Origin: Macrostomum hystrix
Taxonomy: Eukaryota; Animalia; Platyhelminthes
Length of the DNA: 64,000 nucleotides
Direction of reading: 5' to 3'
Assembly (NCBI GenBank): GCA_950097015.1
Contig: CATNEN010000039.1
Location: 14,694,001 to 14,758,000 of the forward strand
The position numbers were made by a program, and so were the translations under genes. Every line of letters begins with the position of its first letter. The stretch's first letter is position 1. Of the stretch, positions 43,901 to 56,400 are shown one piece after another. The notes beneath the pieces were generated by a model that was not told where the DNA came from, ran no database searches, and was given only the letters and a program-made list of their open reading frames with translations.

Positions 43901-46900
43901 CGGAGGCCGCGTTAGTTTTGGAGGCCGCGATGATGTTGGGGGCCGTAGTTGTGTCAGAGGCCGTCATGGTTTTGGAGGCCTCGATGGTGTTGGATGCCGT
44001 AATGGTGCTAGAGGCTTCGATGGTGTTGGATGCCGTAATGGTGTTGGAGGCAGTGGTGGTGTCAGAGGCCGTGATGGTATTGGAGGCCGCGATCGTGCTT
44101 AAGGCCGCGTTAGTGTCGGACGCCAAGATGGTGTTGGGGGCCGTAGTTTTGTCAGAGGCCGTGATGGTATTGGACTCCGCGATGGTGTTTGAGGCCGCGT
44201 TTGTGTTAGAGGCGACGATGGTGTTGAAGGCCGTGGTGGTGTCGGAGGCCGCGTTGGTGTTGGAGGCCGCGGTGGTGTTCGAGGACCCGTTTGTGTTAGT
44301 TGCTGCGAGGGTGTTAGTGGACGCAATTGTGTTTGAGGCCTCGACGGTGATGGAGGCCGTGGTGGTGTCGGTGGCCGCGTTGGTGTTGGAGGCCTTGTTA
44401 GTGTTGGAGGCCCAGTTTGTTCCGGAGGGTGGGTTGCACCTGTCCCAACTACAGATGGAGCAGTTGTCGATATTTCTGAACCGCTCAACGCAATGAAATT
44501 TCGATGCACACATGCCTTGGGTCTGCAATGTTGGAGAGATAGACAGGAGTCGAAATTCAACCATTCAGTGTTAATTAGTAAACGGCACAGCCTAATGAAA
44601 GCAGCAGCTTACCACGTGAGATCCATTTTGGTAGTAAGTGATAGAAAGGCATCCCATGCCTTCTGCAGGGCAATCCTTTTCTACAATTATCTCTGGCACT
44701 GCTTTAAACAGTTTTGAAATTAAATAATGGTAGCAACGAAGGCGGCTCCCATTAAATGAGGACGCGATGCTGAGGTTGAGCCATTTATTTTCGGAGGGCA
44801 CAATGTTCTTGGAGGCAACGGTGGTGTTGGAGGCCGCTATCGTGCTTGAGGCCGCGATGGTGTTGGAGGCAACGATGGTGTTGGAGGCCGTGGTGGTGTC
44901 GGAGGCCGTCATGGTGTTGGTGGCCGACATTGTGTTAGAGGTCTCGATGGTGTTGGATGCCGTGATGGTGTTGGAGGCTGCGGTGGTGTCGGAGGCCGTG
45001 ATGGTATTGGACTCCGCGATGGTGTTTGAGGCCGCGTTTGTGTTAGAGGCGACGATGGTGTTGAAGGCCGTGGTGGTGTCGGAGGCCGCGTTAGTTTTGG
45101 AGGCCGCGATGGTGTTGGATGCCGTAATGGTGTTGGAGGCTGCGGTGGTGTCGGAGGCCGTGATGGTATTGGACTCCGCGATGGTGTTTGAGGCCGCGTT
45201 TGTGTTAGAGGCGACGATGGTGTTGAAGGCCGTGGTGGTGTCGGAGGCCGCGTTAGTTTTGGAGGCCGCGATGGTGTTGGGGGCCGTAGTTGTGTCAGAG
45301 GCCGTCATGGTTTTTGAGGCCTCGATGGTGTTGGATGCCGTAATGGTGCTAGAGGCTTCGATGGTGTTGGATGCCGTAATGGTGTTGGAGGCAGAGGTGG
45401 TGTCAGAGGCCGTGATGGTATTGGAGGCCGCGATCGTGCTTAAGGCCGCGTTAGTGTTGGACGCCAAAATGGTGTTGGGGGCCGTAGTTTTGTCGGAGGC
45501 CGTGATGGTATTGGACTCCGCGATGGTGTTTGAGGCCGCGTTTGTGTTAGAGGCGACGATGGTGTTGAAGGCCGTGGTGGTGTCGGAGGCCGCGTTAGTT
45601 TTGGAGGCCGCGATGGTGTTGGATGCCGTAATGGTGTTGGAGGCTGCGGTGGTGTCGGAGGCCGTGATGGTATTGTACTCCGCGATGGTGTTTGAGGCCG
45701 CGTTTGTGTTAGAGGCGACGATGGTGTTGAAGGCCGTGGTGGTGTCGGAGGCCGCGTTAGTTTTGGAGGCCGCGATGGTGTTGGATGCCGTAATGGTGTT
45801 GGAGGCTGCGGTGGTGTCGGAGGCCGTGATGGTATTGTACTCCGCGATGGTGTTTGAGGCCGCGTTTGTGTTAGAGGCGACGATGGTGTTGAAGGCCGTG
45901 GTGGTGTCGGAGGCCGCGTTAGTTTTGGAGGCCGCGATGGTGTTGGGGGCCGTAGTTGTGTCAGAGGCCGTCATGGTTTTGGAGGCCTCGATGGTGTTGG
46001 ATGCCGTAATGGTGCTAGAGGCTTCGATGGTGTTGGATGCCGTAATGGTGTTGGAGGCAGTGGTGGTGTCAGAGGCCGTGATGGTATTGGAGGCCGCGAT
46101 CGTGCTTAAGGCCGCGTTAGTGTTGGACGCCAAGATGGTGTTGGGGGCCGTAGTTTTGTCGGAGGCCGTGATGGTATTGGACTCCGCGATGGTGTTTGAG
46201 GCCGCGTTTGTGTTTGAGGCAACGATGGTGTTGAAGGCCGTGGTGGTGTCGGAGGCCGCGTTGGTGTTGGAGGCCGCGGTGGTGTTCGAGGACCCGTTTG
46301 TGTTAGTTGCTGCGAGGGTGTTAGTGGACGCAATTGTGTTTGAGGCCTCGACGGTGATGGAGGCCGTGGTGGTGTCGGTGGCCGCGTTGGTGTTGGAGGC
46401 CTTGTTAGTGTTGGAGGCCCAGTTTGTTCCGGAGGGTGGGTTGCACCTGTCCCAACTACAGATGGAGCAGTTGTCGATATTTCTGAACCGCTCAACGCAA
46501 TGAAATTTCGATGCACACATGCCTTGGGTCTGCAATGTTGGAGAGATAGACAGGAGTCGAAATTCAACCATTCAATGTTAATTAGTAAACGGCACAGCCT
46601 AATGAAAGCAGCAGCTTACCACGTGAGATCCATTTTGGTAGTAAGTGATAGAAAGGCATCCCATGCCTTCTGCAGGGCAATCCTTTTCTACAATTATCTC
46701 TGGCACTGCTTTAAACAGTTTTGAAATTAAATAATGGTAGCAACGAAGGCGGCTCCCATTAAATGAGGACGCGATGCTGAGGTTGAGCCATTTATTTTCG
46801 GAGGGCACAATGTTCTTGGAGGCAACGGTGGTGTTGGAGGCCGCTATCGTGCTTGAGGCCGCGATGGTGTTGGAGGCAACGATGGTGTTGGAGGCCGTGG

Positions 46901-48668
46901 TGGTGTCGGAGGCCGTCATGGTGTTGGTGGCCGACATTGTGTTAGAGGTCTCGATGGTGTTGGATGCCGTGATGGTGTTGGAGGCTGCGGTGGTGTCGGA
47001 GGCCGTGATGGTATTGGACTCCGCGATGGTGTTTGAGGCCGCGTTTGTGTTAGAGGCGACGATGGCGTTGAAGGCCGTGGTGGTGTCGGAGGCCGCGTTA
47101 GTTTTGGAGGCCGCGATGGTGTTGGATGCAGTAATGGTGTTGGAGGCTGCGGTGGTGTCGGAGGCCGTGATGGTATTGGACTCCGCGATGGTGTTTGAGG
47201 CTGCGTTTGTGTTAGAGGCGACGATGGTGTTGAAGGCCGTGGTGGTGTCGGAGGCCGCGTTAGTTTTGGAGGCCGCGATGGTGTTGGGGGCCGTAGTTCT
47301 GTCAGAGGCCGTCATGGTTTTGGAGGCCTCGATGGTGTTGGATGCCGTAATTGTGTTGGAGGCCGTGCTTGTGTCGGAGGCCGTCGTGGTGTTGTTGGCC
47401 GCCATTGTGTTAGAGGCCGTGGTGGTGTCGGAGGCCGCGTTGGTGTTAGAAGCGGCGATGGTATTGGGGGCCGTAGTTGTGTCGGAGGCCGTCATGGAGT
47501 TGGTGGCCGACATTGTGTTAAAGGCCTCGATGTTGTTGGATGCCGTAATGGTGTTGGAGGCCGCGGTGGTGTCGGTGGCCGCGATGGTGTTCGAGGCCGC
47601 GTTTGTGTTAGAGGCGACGATGGAGTTGGAGGTCGTGGTAGTGTTGGTGGACGTCATGGTGTTGGTGGCCGCCATTGTGTTAGAGGCCTCGATCTTGTAG
47701 GATGCCGTGATGGTGTTTAAGGCCGCTGTGCTGTTTGAAGCCGCGTTGGTGTTGGAGGCGACGGTGGTGTTTGAGGCCGTGGTAGTGTCGGAGATCGCAA
47801 TAGTGTTAGACGCCGTGGCGGTGTCGGAGGCCGCGATGGTATTTGAGGCCGCGGTGGTGATGGAGGCAGTGGTGGTGTTTGACGCCGTGGCGGTGTCGGA
47901 GGCCGTGATGGTATTTGAGGCCGCGTGGGTGTCGGAGGCCGCGATGGTATTTGAGGCCGCGATGGTGTTAGTGGCCGCAACTGTGTTTGAGGCCTCGACG
48001 GTGATGGAGGCCGTGGTGGTGTCCGAGGCCGCAATGGTGTCGGAGGCCGTCATGGTGTTGGTGGCCGCCATTGTGTTAGAGGCCTCGATCGTGTTGGATG
48101 CCGTGATGGTGTTGAAGGCCGCGGTACTGTTGGAGGCTGAGTTGGTATAGGAGGCCGCATTAGTGTTGGAGGCCGCGGTGTAGTTGGGCGGTATGTTGCA
48201 CAAATCCTTCGAACAGTCGGAGCAGTTAAATCCTTTCCATTTCCAAAAAGCGCATATTATAGGATATGAACATGCGCCAAAGGCCTTTAATATTTTAGAG
48301 AATGGCAGGAGTTGCAGTTCAACCTTTAATAGCTAATTAATAGCCATCGCGTATTTTTCAGAGTTAATAAAAGCAGGAGCTTACCATAAAAGGCTCTTTT
48401 CTTGTCACAATTTGGCATCCTATTTCGCATTTCATCGCAATGACATTAGTATTATTAAGGGAATCAAATTTGTAGCACTGTAAGCCGCTCACAATCTGAA
48501 ACTCTGAAAAAAAATTTATGTTCAATAGTCAAGCGTACAGAGTGTCCGAGAGGACTAGACCAACATGAAAAAGTTTTTGAATTCTATTTAAATAGATGCA
48601 AAGCTTAAGTACTCACTAGAGACGAGCAACACTAGCGCAGTCAGTAACAGTGCCTGCAGCTTGTTCAT
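28989..48668 (-). CDS. Giant secreted, probably GPI-anchored protein: signal peptide + 13 Ly6/uPAR-like (8-Cys three-finger) domains alternating with ASNTxx hexapeptide arrays; ~6,100 aa, 15 exons
   Basis: Exons 48668-48617 (MNKLQALLLTALVLLVS), 48503-48385, 48284-46620, 46529-44613, 44522-43110, 43019-41517, 41426-40014, 39923-38511, 38420-36918, 36827-35415, 35324-33570, 33479-32229, 32138-31230, 31139-29490, 29399-28989. Twelve 90-bp phase-0 introns (GTAAGC...polypyrimidine TTGCAG). Splicing joins LRCY...KDC...GC...HV to TQGMC...C...C..C..DRCN. Hydrophobic C-terminal tail AAAKIAVFAAVAAVTTVW. Confidence 0.85.
29300..46800. repeat. Coding macro-tandem array of ~1.0-2.0-kb units containing an 18-bp sub-repeat
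   Basis: Twelve near-identical Cys-domain/intron cores separated by variable numbers of 18-bp units such as GATGGTGTTGGAGGCCGC. Confidence 0.95.
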
Positions 48669-49530
48669 TGCTTCAGGAGTTGATTGCTGAATTTAGTGAT
48701 TGATTGCTGGGTTGATTTCTTAGTTTAGTTGTAAAAAAAAGTTTTGTCTTGTCCTTTCGCTGCTTCGAGCTAAATAGACGAATAAAGACCCTGTGCATGT
48801 ACCCGTTCACTGAGATGCCTTTAGTCTATGGCCAAAATCACTAGCTGTAGAGGGCCTAAAAGCGAAGATTTCGGCATGACGATACCGAGCTCTAAAGTTA
48901 TTCAACGTCTCTCACGTACTTTGCCATGCCACTTGACCATCGTTTCCCCAAACCCGTGTTGGCTTAGTTATCGTCTATGGTCCTTAGTCTGACGCACAGT
49001 TGCGACTTAGATGAAGGCACTTGTTGCGCGAATTTTGTTGTTTAACTTTCTGCTCGCAAGCTAGAGAGCTATCCACAAATATATGCTAGAGTTCTGATCC
49101 TCTACAGAGCGAAAAATCATTTCACTGGCTTTTATGCAATAGGATAACCTGTATAGGATAGCTTCGAAGAGGTGAACCTCTTCAGTACCGAGACTTTTTA
49201 CTGCACTCCGTGAAAATCCGTATGGTCAGCATGGCTGACCATAGACTATTTTATCCCTGGCGTGTGGTCTTGCTTCACTCCATGAAAATCCTAAGCGAAT
49301 TCTATGCAGTTCTTGCGCACCGGTTTTTTATTCCTTAGACGAATGGGTGGGTGGCTGTAACGCAAAGCGTCTATGTCCTAAACCCTCCAGCTCTATATAT
49401 GTACAGTAAGCTGTTGTTCTTCACTGCAATCTTTCTATCCTCCAATCTCACTGTGTTTGTGTAAAAAACTGTCAACTTGAGTGGTATGGACCAACTTATT
49501 ACCAGCGACGAATCGTTTTGCGATGAATCT

Positions 49531-50568
49531 TCGCCATCATGGCGTTGTACTGTGCTCCGAGAGCAGCTGTGATGACGCTGGACGGCCTTTCGGACTCCTT
49601 CGAGACATCCTCCGGGGTGCTCCAGCGGGACACTCTAGCACCATTCATGTTCGTCCTGGTGCTTGACTGGGTGCTACGAACTGCTCTTCCTACCGACGAA
49701 GACGGCTTCCTACTGCGGCGACGCGTAGGTCGACGTCAAGCAGAGAAACGGCTCAGCGTGCTTTGCTACGCCGATGACCTCGCCCTGCTGTTCTCTACCG
49801 TAGAGGGCGCTCAGCGCCAGCTGGACAAGCTGGTTAGCACTGCAGCGAGTGTCGGCCTGCTGGGGTCAACACGAAGAAGACCGCTGTGCTCTGCGTGCCG
49901 GGCGACATCGAGGCAGCAATTTTCTGCCGAGGCGCTGACGGGCAGGTAACGGAGCTTCCACGCTGTCAGCAGTTCGTCTACCGAGGCGGTCTGGTACCAG
50001 ACGTCCGCGAAGAACTGCGGCGTCGCCGCCGGTACGCTTGGGCTGCCTTTCGTTCTGTGAGGGCGGTCCTGCAGTCCGAGGCCCTACCTGATCGCCAGAG
50101 GGCGGCGTTGTTCCAGGCGGTGGTCGAGACCGTCCTGTTGTACAACGCCGAGACCTGGACGCTGACGGATTCGCTCGAGCAGCAAGTCAATGCGGTGCAC
50201 GCTGGCCTGCTGCGTGCCGCCGTTAAGATCAGCGACGAGCGGATCACTAACGCGATACTCTATCGCCGCGCCGGCCTGGCCCGTCCAAGTGAACGGCTGC
50301 GACTTCGGCGACTCCAGCTGGCAGGCCATTTCATCCGCGCCGAGTCCTACTGCCCGCAGCCGGTGCAGGAGGTGCTGCTGCTAACGCTGCAGGCACCCTA
50401 CCGGCGCGGCCAGGCCCGAACTCGGCGTTTCGTCGACTGCCTGCTGGCCGATGCTGGCGCCCCGGACACTGCCGGCGGTGCGGCCTTTGTTCGCGCCCAG
50501 GCTCTGAAGCGTGCACTGTGACGCTGCTTTTTTCCACCTGACAGCTTATTTTGTTGTTGCTGTTGTTG
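49531..50568 (+). mobile_element. 5'-truncated RTE-type non-LTR retrotransposon
   Basis: RT motifs GVLQ(R)DTLAPFMF, YADD, F.Y.G, VLLYNAETWTL, RRLQLAGH. Frameshift at ~49860-49890. Stop at 50521 followed by a (TTG)n tail at 50550-50568. Confidence 0.88.
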
Positions 50569-52879
50569 TATCAAAATCTTGACAAGCGCTTATGTCTCCT
50601 TGACTGCTGCAGAGTCCGGACAGCCGAATTTGGGACCCACATATGGAGGGAGGGAGCGATTTTTTAGTTTTTTTTAGGGAACAATATTAAACAAAACTGA
50701 AAACAGCGGGAGGGAGCGTGGAGAATCGGAGAGTGAGAGAGACAGTAAGAGATCTATCTACCTATCTATCTATGCCCACCTGTCAAAAAACGTAAACAGA
50801 TAATTAAAGGAAATATGATCCACAGTATTTATCCAAAACAGCACTTGTTTTGTACATGCAACAACACGAACGGGCAGACTCACACACCAGCGGTGTCATC
50901 AAGCCAGCGTTACCGTATATATGAATATTTAATTAATTTAACTGCTCAAAGTTATTCAACTCGAATCACCAGGATGGACAGGTTGGAACATAATATTTAA
51001 ATACTAAATTAACTTAAAAATTTTAATGTCGTGTTACTTCAGTACGTAGGATTTAATTAATGGGACTGAACATACATTTTATTCACTAAGCATGGTAAAA
51101 TTAAAATACATATAATCTAATATACTAAAAATGAAAATCTTGCTTGCTTGTCTAATACCTAAATCTGTGTATGTTTCTGCCTATGTCTGTCTGTCTGTCT
51201 GTCTGTCTGTCCGTATGTTTCACGTTTTAAGCTGAATGCCTAGCTGGACCATTTTCAACCGGATTTGTTGAATTCGATTCGAAATTTTCAGCCGGTGGTG
51301 TGGCTTAAAATTGGTTGAATTCTGTTTATATTAAGACTGTTAAATTGACAGAAAACTGTATTTTTTGCAAAGTTCATTCAAGTTCAAACATGCTCGGCTG
51401 CTCTGGCTTGCTAAAAGTGTTCATTTCATTAGATTGCATCAGCAGTGGGGTGAATCCAAAATTTACTACAGAGTTTTTTAAAGGGGTGTCTTATGCTTCT
51501 TAAAATCTTATAACGCAGATTGGTGTGTTGCATCAGGTCTTAAATTAATGATTGAAGTGTTCTTAATCGATGTATAATAATTATAATCCAACGGAAAGCC
51601 AATTTATCTTAAAAAATTCGTTTAAATTTGAAAAAGTGCAAAAAAATTAATGTCTAAAATTTATATTTATTAGTTGTATGGTAAATAAAAACTAAACCTT
51701 TTTTACCTGTGTATTTTTTAAATACGATTTCTTTTCATTTTAGAATTATATCTTTGTTTTACTAAGTTAACTTTTCAAAATGCTTTTTTGCAATAAATGG
51801 TCGGCCATTTTGTCATGTCCAAAACTTACCCGTTTTCCAATATTGCAGAATTTGTGTCCCGACACCGATAATGATTTGAACGCCATCGGATATAATTTTT
51901 AATGACTATTTCTTGCTTTTGGAGTGTCTCATATCCTTATAGACATTTGTATAAAGCCAGGCTATTCGGTCAATCACACATCAAAATATAGCCCTTTTTT
52001 GAAAGACTCGTAGTGCCCAAGTTCAATTTACTCTCTTACCCTCTTTTCTGCATAGGCTAAAAAATCCATGCGCATCAATGTGCGTGTGGACCTTTCCTGC
52101 CGGCCAAATGAATTGCCCAGTGCTAAATGTGCATATCGTGTGTATTTGTGGGTCCCGCTTACCCTGGCTGGCTGAATTATTCATTGCTAGCCTAGACGCA
52201 CTAAAATGTACACTTCTTAGCTAGCTAGCAGTGAGAGATTCAAACATAAATATGCAGATTTTTGTGCCCTCACATCAACGGTCGGATAGCCAGCTGGTAG
52301 GCACTTAGGCTAGGTTAGGCTAGGATTCCCCGGCTCGAGTCCCCAGTGCGGCTGGCAAATTAATTGTCTTAATGGATGCCACCTGCTACTTTCAGTAACA
52401 GTCAGTGTGCTAAGTAACCTTTTTTCTTTTGTATGTTTCACGTATGTTTCACGTTTTTAAGCTGAATGCTAAATGAGATTATCGCTTACATTTGCGATTG
52501 GCTGCTGCATTCAATACAGAAATTTCTGTATTGACAGGGTACAGTTTGTACAGGTACAAAGGCGAATGTACAAATCAGGAGTACATATGCAACAGATATT
52601 GATTTAAAGGTATGAGAGCTGCATGGTTTGTTTCTTCAAATTTATTCACCCATCGCTTTGTCTATAAAAAGCATTTCGTATATCTGAACATTTTATCGGA
52701 TTTTTGTCTTCATTGTCTAAGCAAAGTAATGCCTAAGCGCAAGAGCTTTCTCCAAAAGAGCCGCCAAGCGAAGCAGCATCGCCGTGCTGAAACAGACGAT
52801 GAAAGAGAAGAGCGTCTTCGGAAGAATCGTGAGTATGCACGTAGGCGTCGAGAGGAGGAAAATGAATCGAGTCGAGTGG

Positions 52880-53430
52880 CTCGTCTTCATGATGACAGGC
52901 ATCGCACTGCCGAGCGACGCGCTGCTGAATCGTCACCTGAAAGACTGTCTCGTCTTCATGATGACAGGCATCGCACTGCCGAGCGACGCGCTGCTGAATC
53001 GTCACCTGAAAGACTGTCTCGTCTTCATGATGACAGGCATCGCACTGCCGAGCGACGCGCTGCTGAATCGTCACCTGAAAGACTGTCTCGTCTTCATGAT
53101 GACAGGCATCGCACTGCCGAGCGACGCGCTGCTGAATCGTCACCTGAAAGACTGTCTCGTCTTCATGATCACAGGCATCGCACTGCCGAGCGACGCGCTG
53201 CTGAATCGTCACCTGAAAGACTGTCTCGTCTTCATGATGACAGGCAGCGCACTGCCGAGCGACGCGCTGCTGAATCATCACCTGAAAGACTGTCTCGTCT
53301 TCATGATGACAGGCATCGCACTGCCGAGCGACGCGCTGCTGAATCGTCACCTGAAAGACTGTCTCGTCTTCATGATGACAGGCATCGCACTGCCGAGCGA
53401 CGCGCTGCTGAATCGTCACCTGAAAGACAA
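52880..53430 (+). repeat. 60-bp coding tandem repeat (RLHDDRHRTAERRAAESSPERLS-type, 20 aa, ~9 copies)
   Basis: Near-perfect 60-bp period, visible as vertically aligned sequence lines. Confidence 0.95.
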
Positions 53431-56400
53431 AGCCGGTTGGCAGACCTTAGAACTCGAGATTCTAACAACCGAGCTAATGAGTCCCTTGCTGCAAGAGATA
53501 AGCGGTTAGAAAAGGCCAGAACACGGGACGCTGAGCGACGACTAAACGAATCTTTAGGCGTCAGGGACAATCGGCTTAAAAATTCGAAAAGTCGAACCGC
53601 TGAACGAAGGGCATCTGAATCTGCATCAGAACGCCAATCTCGCTTGGATCGCATGCGGATTTCCAGTGTAACTCGGCGAACGCACGTAGATTCACCCAGC
53701 AGCTTGTGAGTAAAAAAGGCTATGAGAAATAACAAACGCTGTTTAGATGGGGGCTTTTAATTAAAACTTTAGGTACATACTTGCTCCTGATATTCCTACT
53801 TACAGTAGTCACACAGGGGGTGTCGGTGTTGCGAATCTGTGAGGCTTTGAACTGCGAGCTGTGAACGGGAAACGCATTGAAGGCGGGACATGCACACGCA
53901 AATAAAGAATTAGTATAATGGATATCGATCAACGAATATAATTTGTATTTGAATTTGGCAATAGGTATACTCTCCAACATCGATTCTCGCTTGCCTGATA
54001 TCCACGCAATTCTATGTGTAATTATATATTTTGTAATGCCTTCAAAATTATATCTTTTCCCATCCGATTGAAAGTGTAGTTAAATATCGATTGTATTAAA
54101 AAATCCTGCTTCTTTATATTCCCAACTACAGGCCTCTCGTCACAAGCCACGCTTCACCAACGCGATCGTTGCTAAACTTTGCTGTGCATAATGTACCTGG
54201 TGACGGCGACTGCTTCTTTCACGCCGTCTGTGACCAACTTAAAAATACGGAGCTGAGCACAGATGCTTTCACCTTGCGACAGGAGCTCACTCGTCGCGCA
54301 CAGCCTTATTTACTGAATTTAGAAGCAAGCGGATTTATTGTGCAAGGTTCAAGTGCTTCACTTTTGAGAGCTTCAGGCTCGCAAGGAGTTGCAGTCCCCG
54401 ATGAAATAGTACCGCTTCTAAGTCAATGCTTCAATATAGACGTTACTATTTTTCAAATTGATGGACGCGTACTGCAGCATTTCACATCGCCAGTTCATCC
54501 GCCAGTCTCTGTTGTGCGGTTGCTGTTGCACAATGAGCACTACCAGTCGCTGCGAAATTCCTTGCCAGATTCGCAAAGGTCTGCGCAGGACATCGGATCC
54601 GCTTCTGCAAGTGAGAGCTCCGTGATGAGTCCAGTCAAGAAGCGCCGGCTGCCTGCTGCTTTGCCTCCAACTTTGCCTCCAACTGCAGGACAGCATCGCG
54701 ACAACACTGACGGGCCTACCTTGAGTTGCGAATCTTTGTTGACATTGAGAAATCGAGAGCTGCTGATGAAACTTTGACTAGGGATTCAACTTGCACTGAA
54801 CAATCTGTGTAAGTGTGCCGACTATTATATATGAATAACATTTACAACTGCAATGGTTATAATGCAGAAAAATCCATCAGCACAGAAACTTTTGATGCAC
54901 ATTCAATTCTTCCTTTGGTGATGCTGTGTGGATGGTTTATGGCTAAATCTACTACCTGTAGTACTTGATCGCAGCTTGAAAAAATTATCTTAATTCCATG
55001 AACGTCCGGTAACGGCGACTCAAAGATTAATGCTTATTCGATTGCAGATCAGCGGAGGCGGCAACGCATTCGGCTGGTCGGATGGAATACCCATGCACAA
55101 TGTGCGGCGCTCTGCGTTGGAAGCTGGAGGTGGCCGGACTCTGCTGCACTGGTGGACAGGTGAAGCTGGAGCAGCGGCGCATACCAGAGGAGCTGCGACG
55201 GCTCTATCAGGGCCAGCATGAAAAAAGCCGGCTCTTTTTAAATAACATCCGGAGGTTCAATGCAGCACTACACATGACATCTTTTGGTGTTAACAAGCGT
55301 GATCTTCCTCTAGGCTCAATGAATTTGATCATCAATGGACAAATCCATCACAAAATTGGCAGCCTTCTTCCTATTGAGGGCAGGACGGCACAATTTTGCC
55401 AGATTTTCTTCTGTGACTCTGAACTGGATACACGAATGGCAATGGTGAACGGTTTAGATCGAAACATTCTAGAGCTGCTGCAGAACATGCTGCATCGGGA
55501 AAATTCGTATGTACGCAGCTTCAAAGCTGCCATCGAGCGAATCACAGAGAATCCCGATCTGCAGAGTGCATCTTTGGTTATCCGGGCAGATAGGAGACCC
55601 ACTGGCGAGCATGTGAGGTAAGTTGGGTTTACTTTAAACTGATTTAAGCACTGAATGATGATATTTGAGCTTAGTTTTCTTTTTTAGAGAAATTTTCAGA
55701 AAGGGAGTTGTTCTTTTAATTAGGCTTAAAACTTTGTTATAGACGGCACATCGGCCAAACCACACTAGATTATTCTTTTTCGAAACACGGTAACTGGAAT
55801 ATGTTATGTACTATTTATAGTAATATATGAGGAATCAATTAATAAGAGACAAGAAACATAACTGTCTGTGACAAAGACTTGTTGAAGACGGAAATCAAAA
55901 TCACACATTGAGTTCTCAGTTAGTTGAAGAATAAATATGTCCTTTTTAAAACTGGTTGATTAGATTTTAATTAGACTGAATGAATGTCTACTTTATCAAT
56001 TTCCTAGGCGATTCAACCTACCAAGTGTTAGTGAAGTCGCAGTGTTGTTTGACGCATTGGAGGACGATACCGAAAGTGCTGCAGGCAAGCGGGATGTCAT
56101 TGTGCATCTGCGATCGGGCAGGATACAACGCATTGACGAGACACACCGCTCCTACGACCCATTGGAGTATGTACTCTTTCACCCATGCGGAGAAGATGGC
56201 TGGCACATTGGTCTGACGATGGCTAACAATCGCAAAGCTAACACCCAGAGCAATGTACTCACATCAGCTCATGATTCGTCCCGGCGTCTTCAATGCCCTT
56301 CACTACGGCAAGCGGCTCTTCCAACAATATATTGTCGATCAGGCAGCAAAGATAGAAGCTGAGCGACTAAATTATTTGAAGACGCACCAAAATGACCTCC

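Noticed and set aside
28989-46571. Twelve independent genes starting MVEFRLLSISPTLQ
   Set aside because: That peptide is the translated polypyrimidine tract and acceptor of the 90-bp intron. Each ORF would hold two half-domains and no signal peptide.
29400-46800. CRISPR-like or diversity-generating repeat/spacer system
   Set aside because: The spacers are homologous coding repeats in a eukaryotic gene. There are no cas genes, and the nearby RT is an ordinary truncated LINE.
29113-48150. Long plus-strand ORFs rich in V/L/E/A/M, the 74-aa MKFRC ORFs, and the minus-strand Pro/Arg-rich ORFs
   Set aside because: These are antisense or shifted shadows of the 18-bp coding repeat. The signal peptide, splice sites and Cys domains all support the minus-strand ASNT frame.
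50753-50775. Alternative Helitron 5' end at A|TCTATCTA
   Set aside because: It is only a short TCTA microsatellite. Position 51116 has the fuller diagnostic 5' layout.
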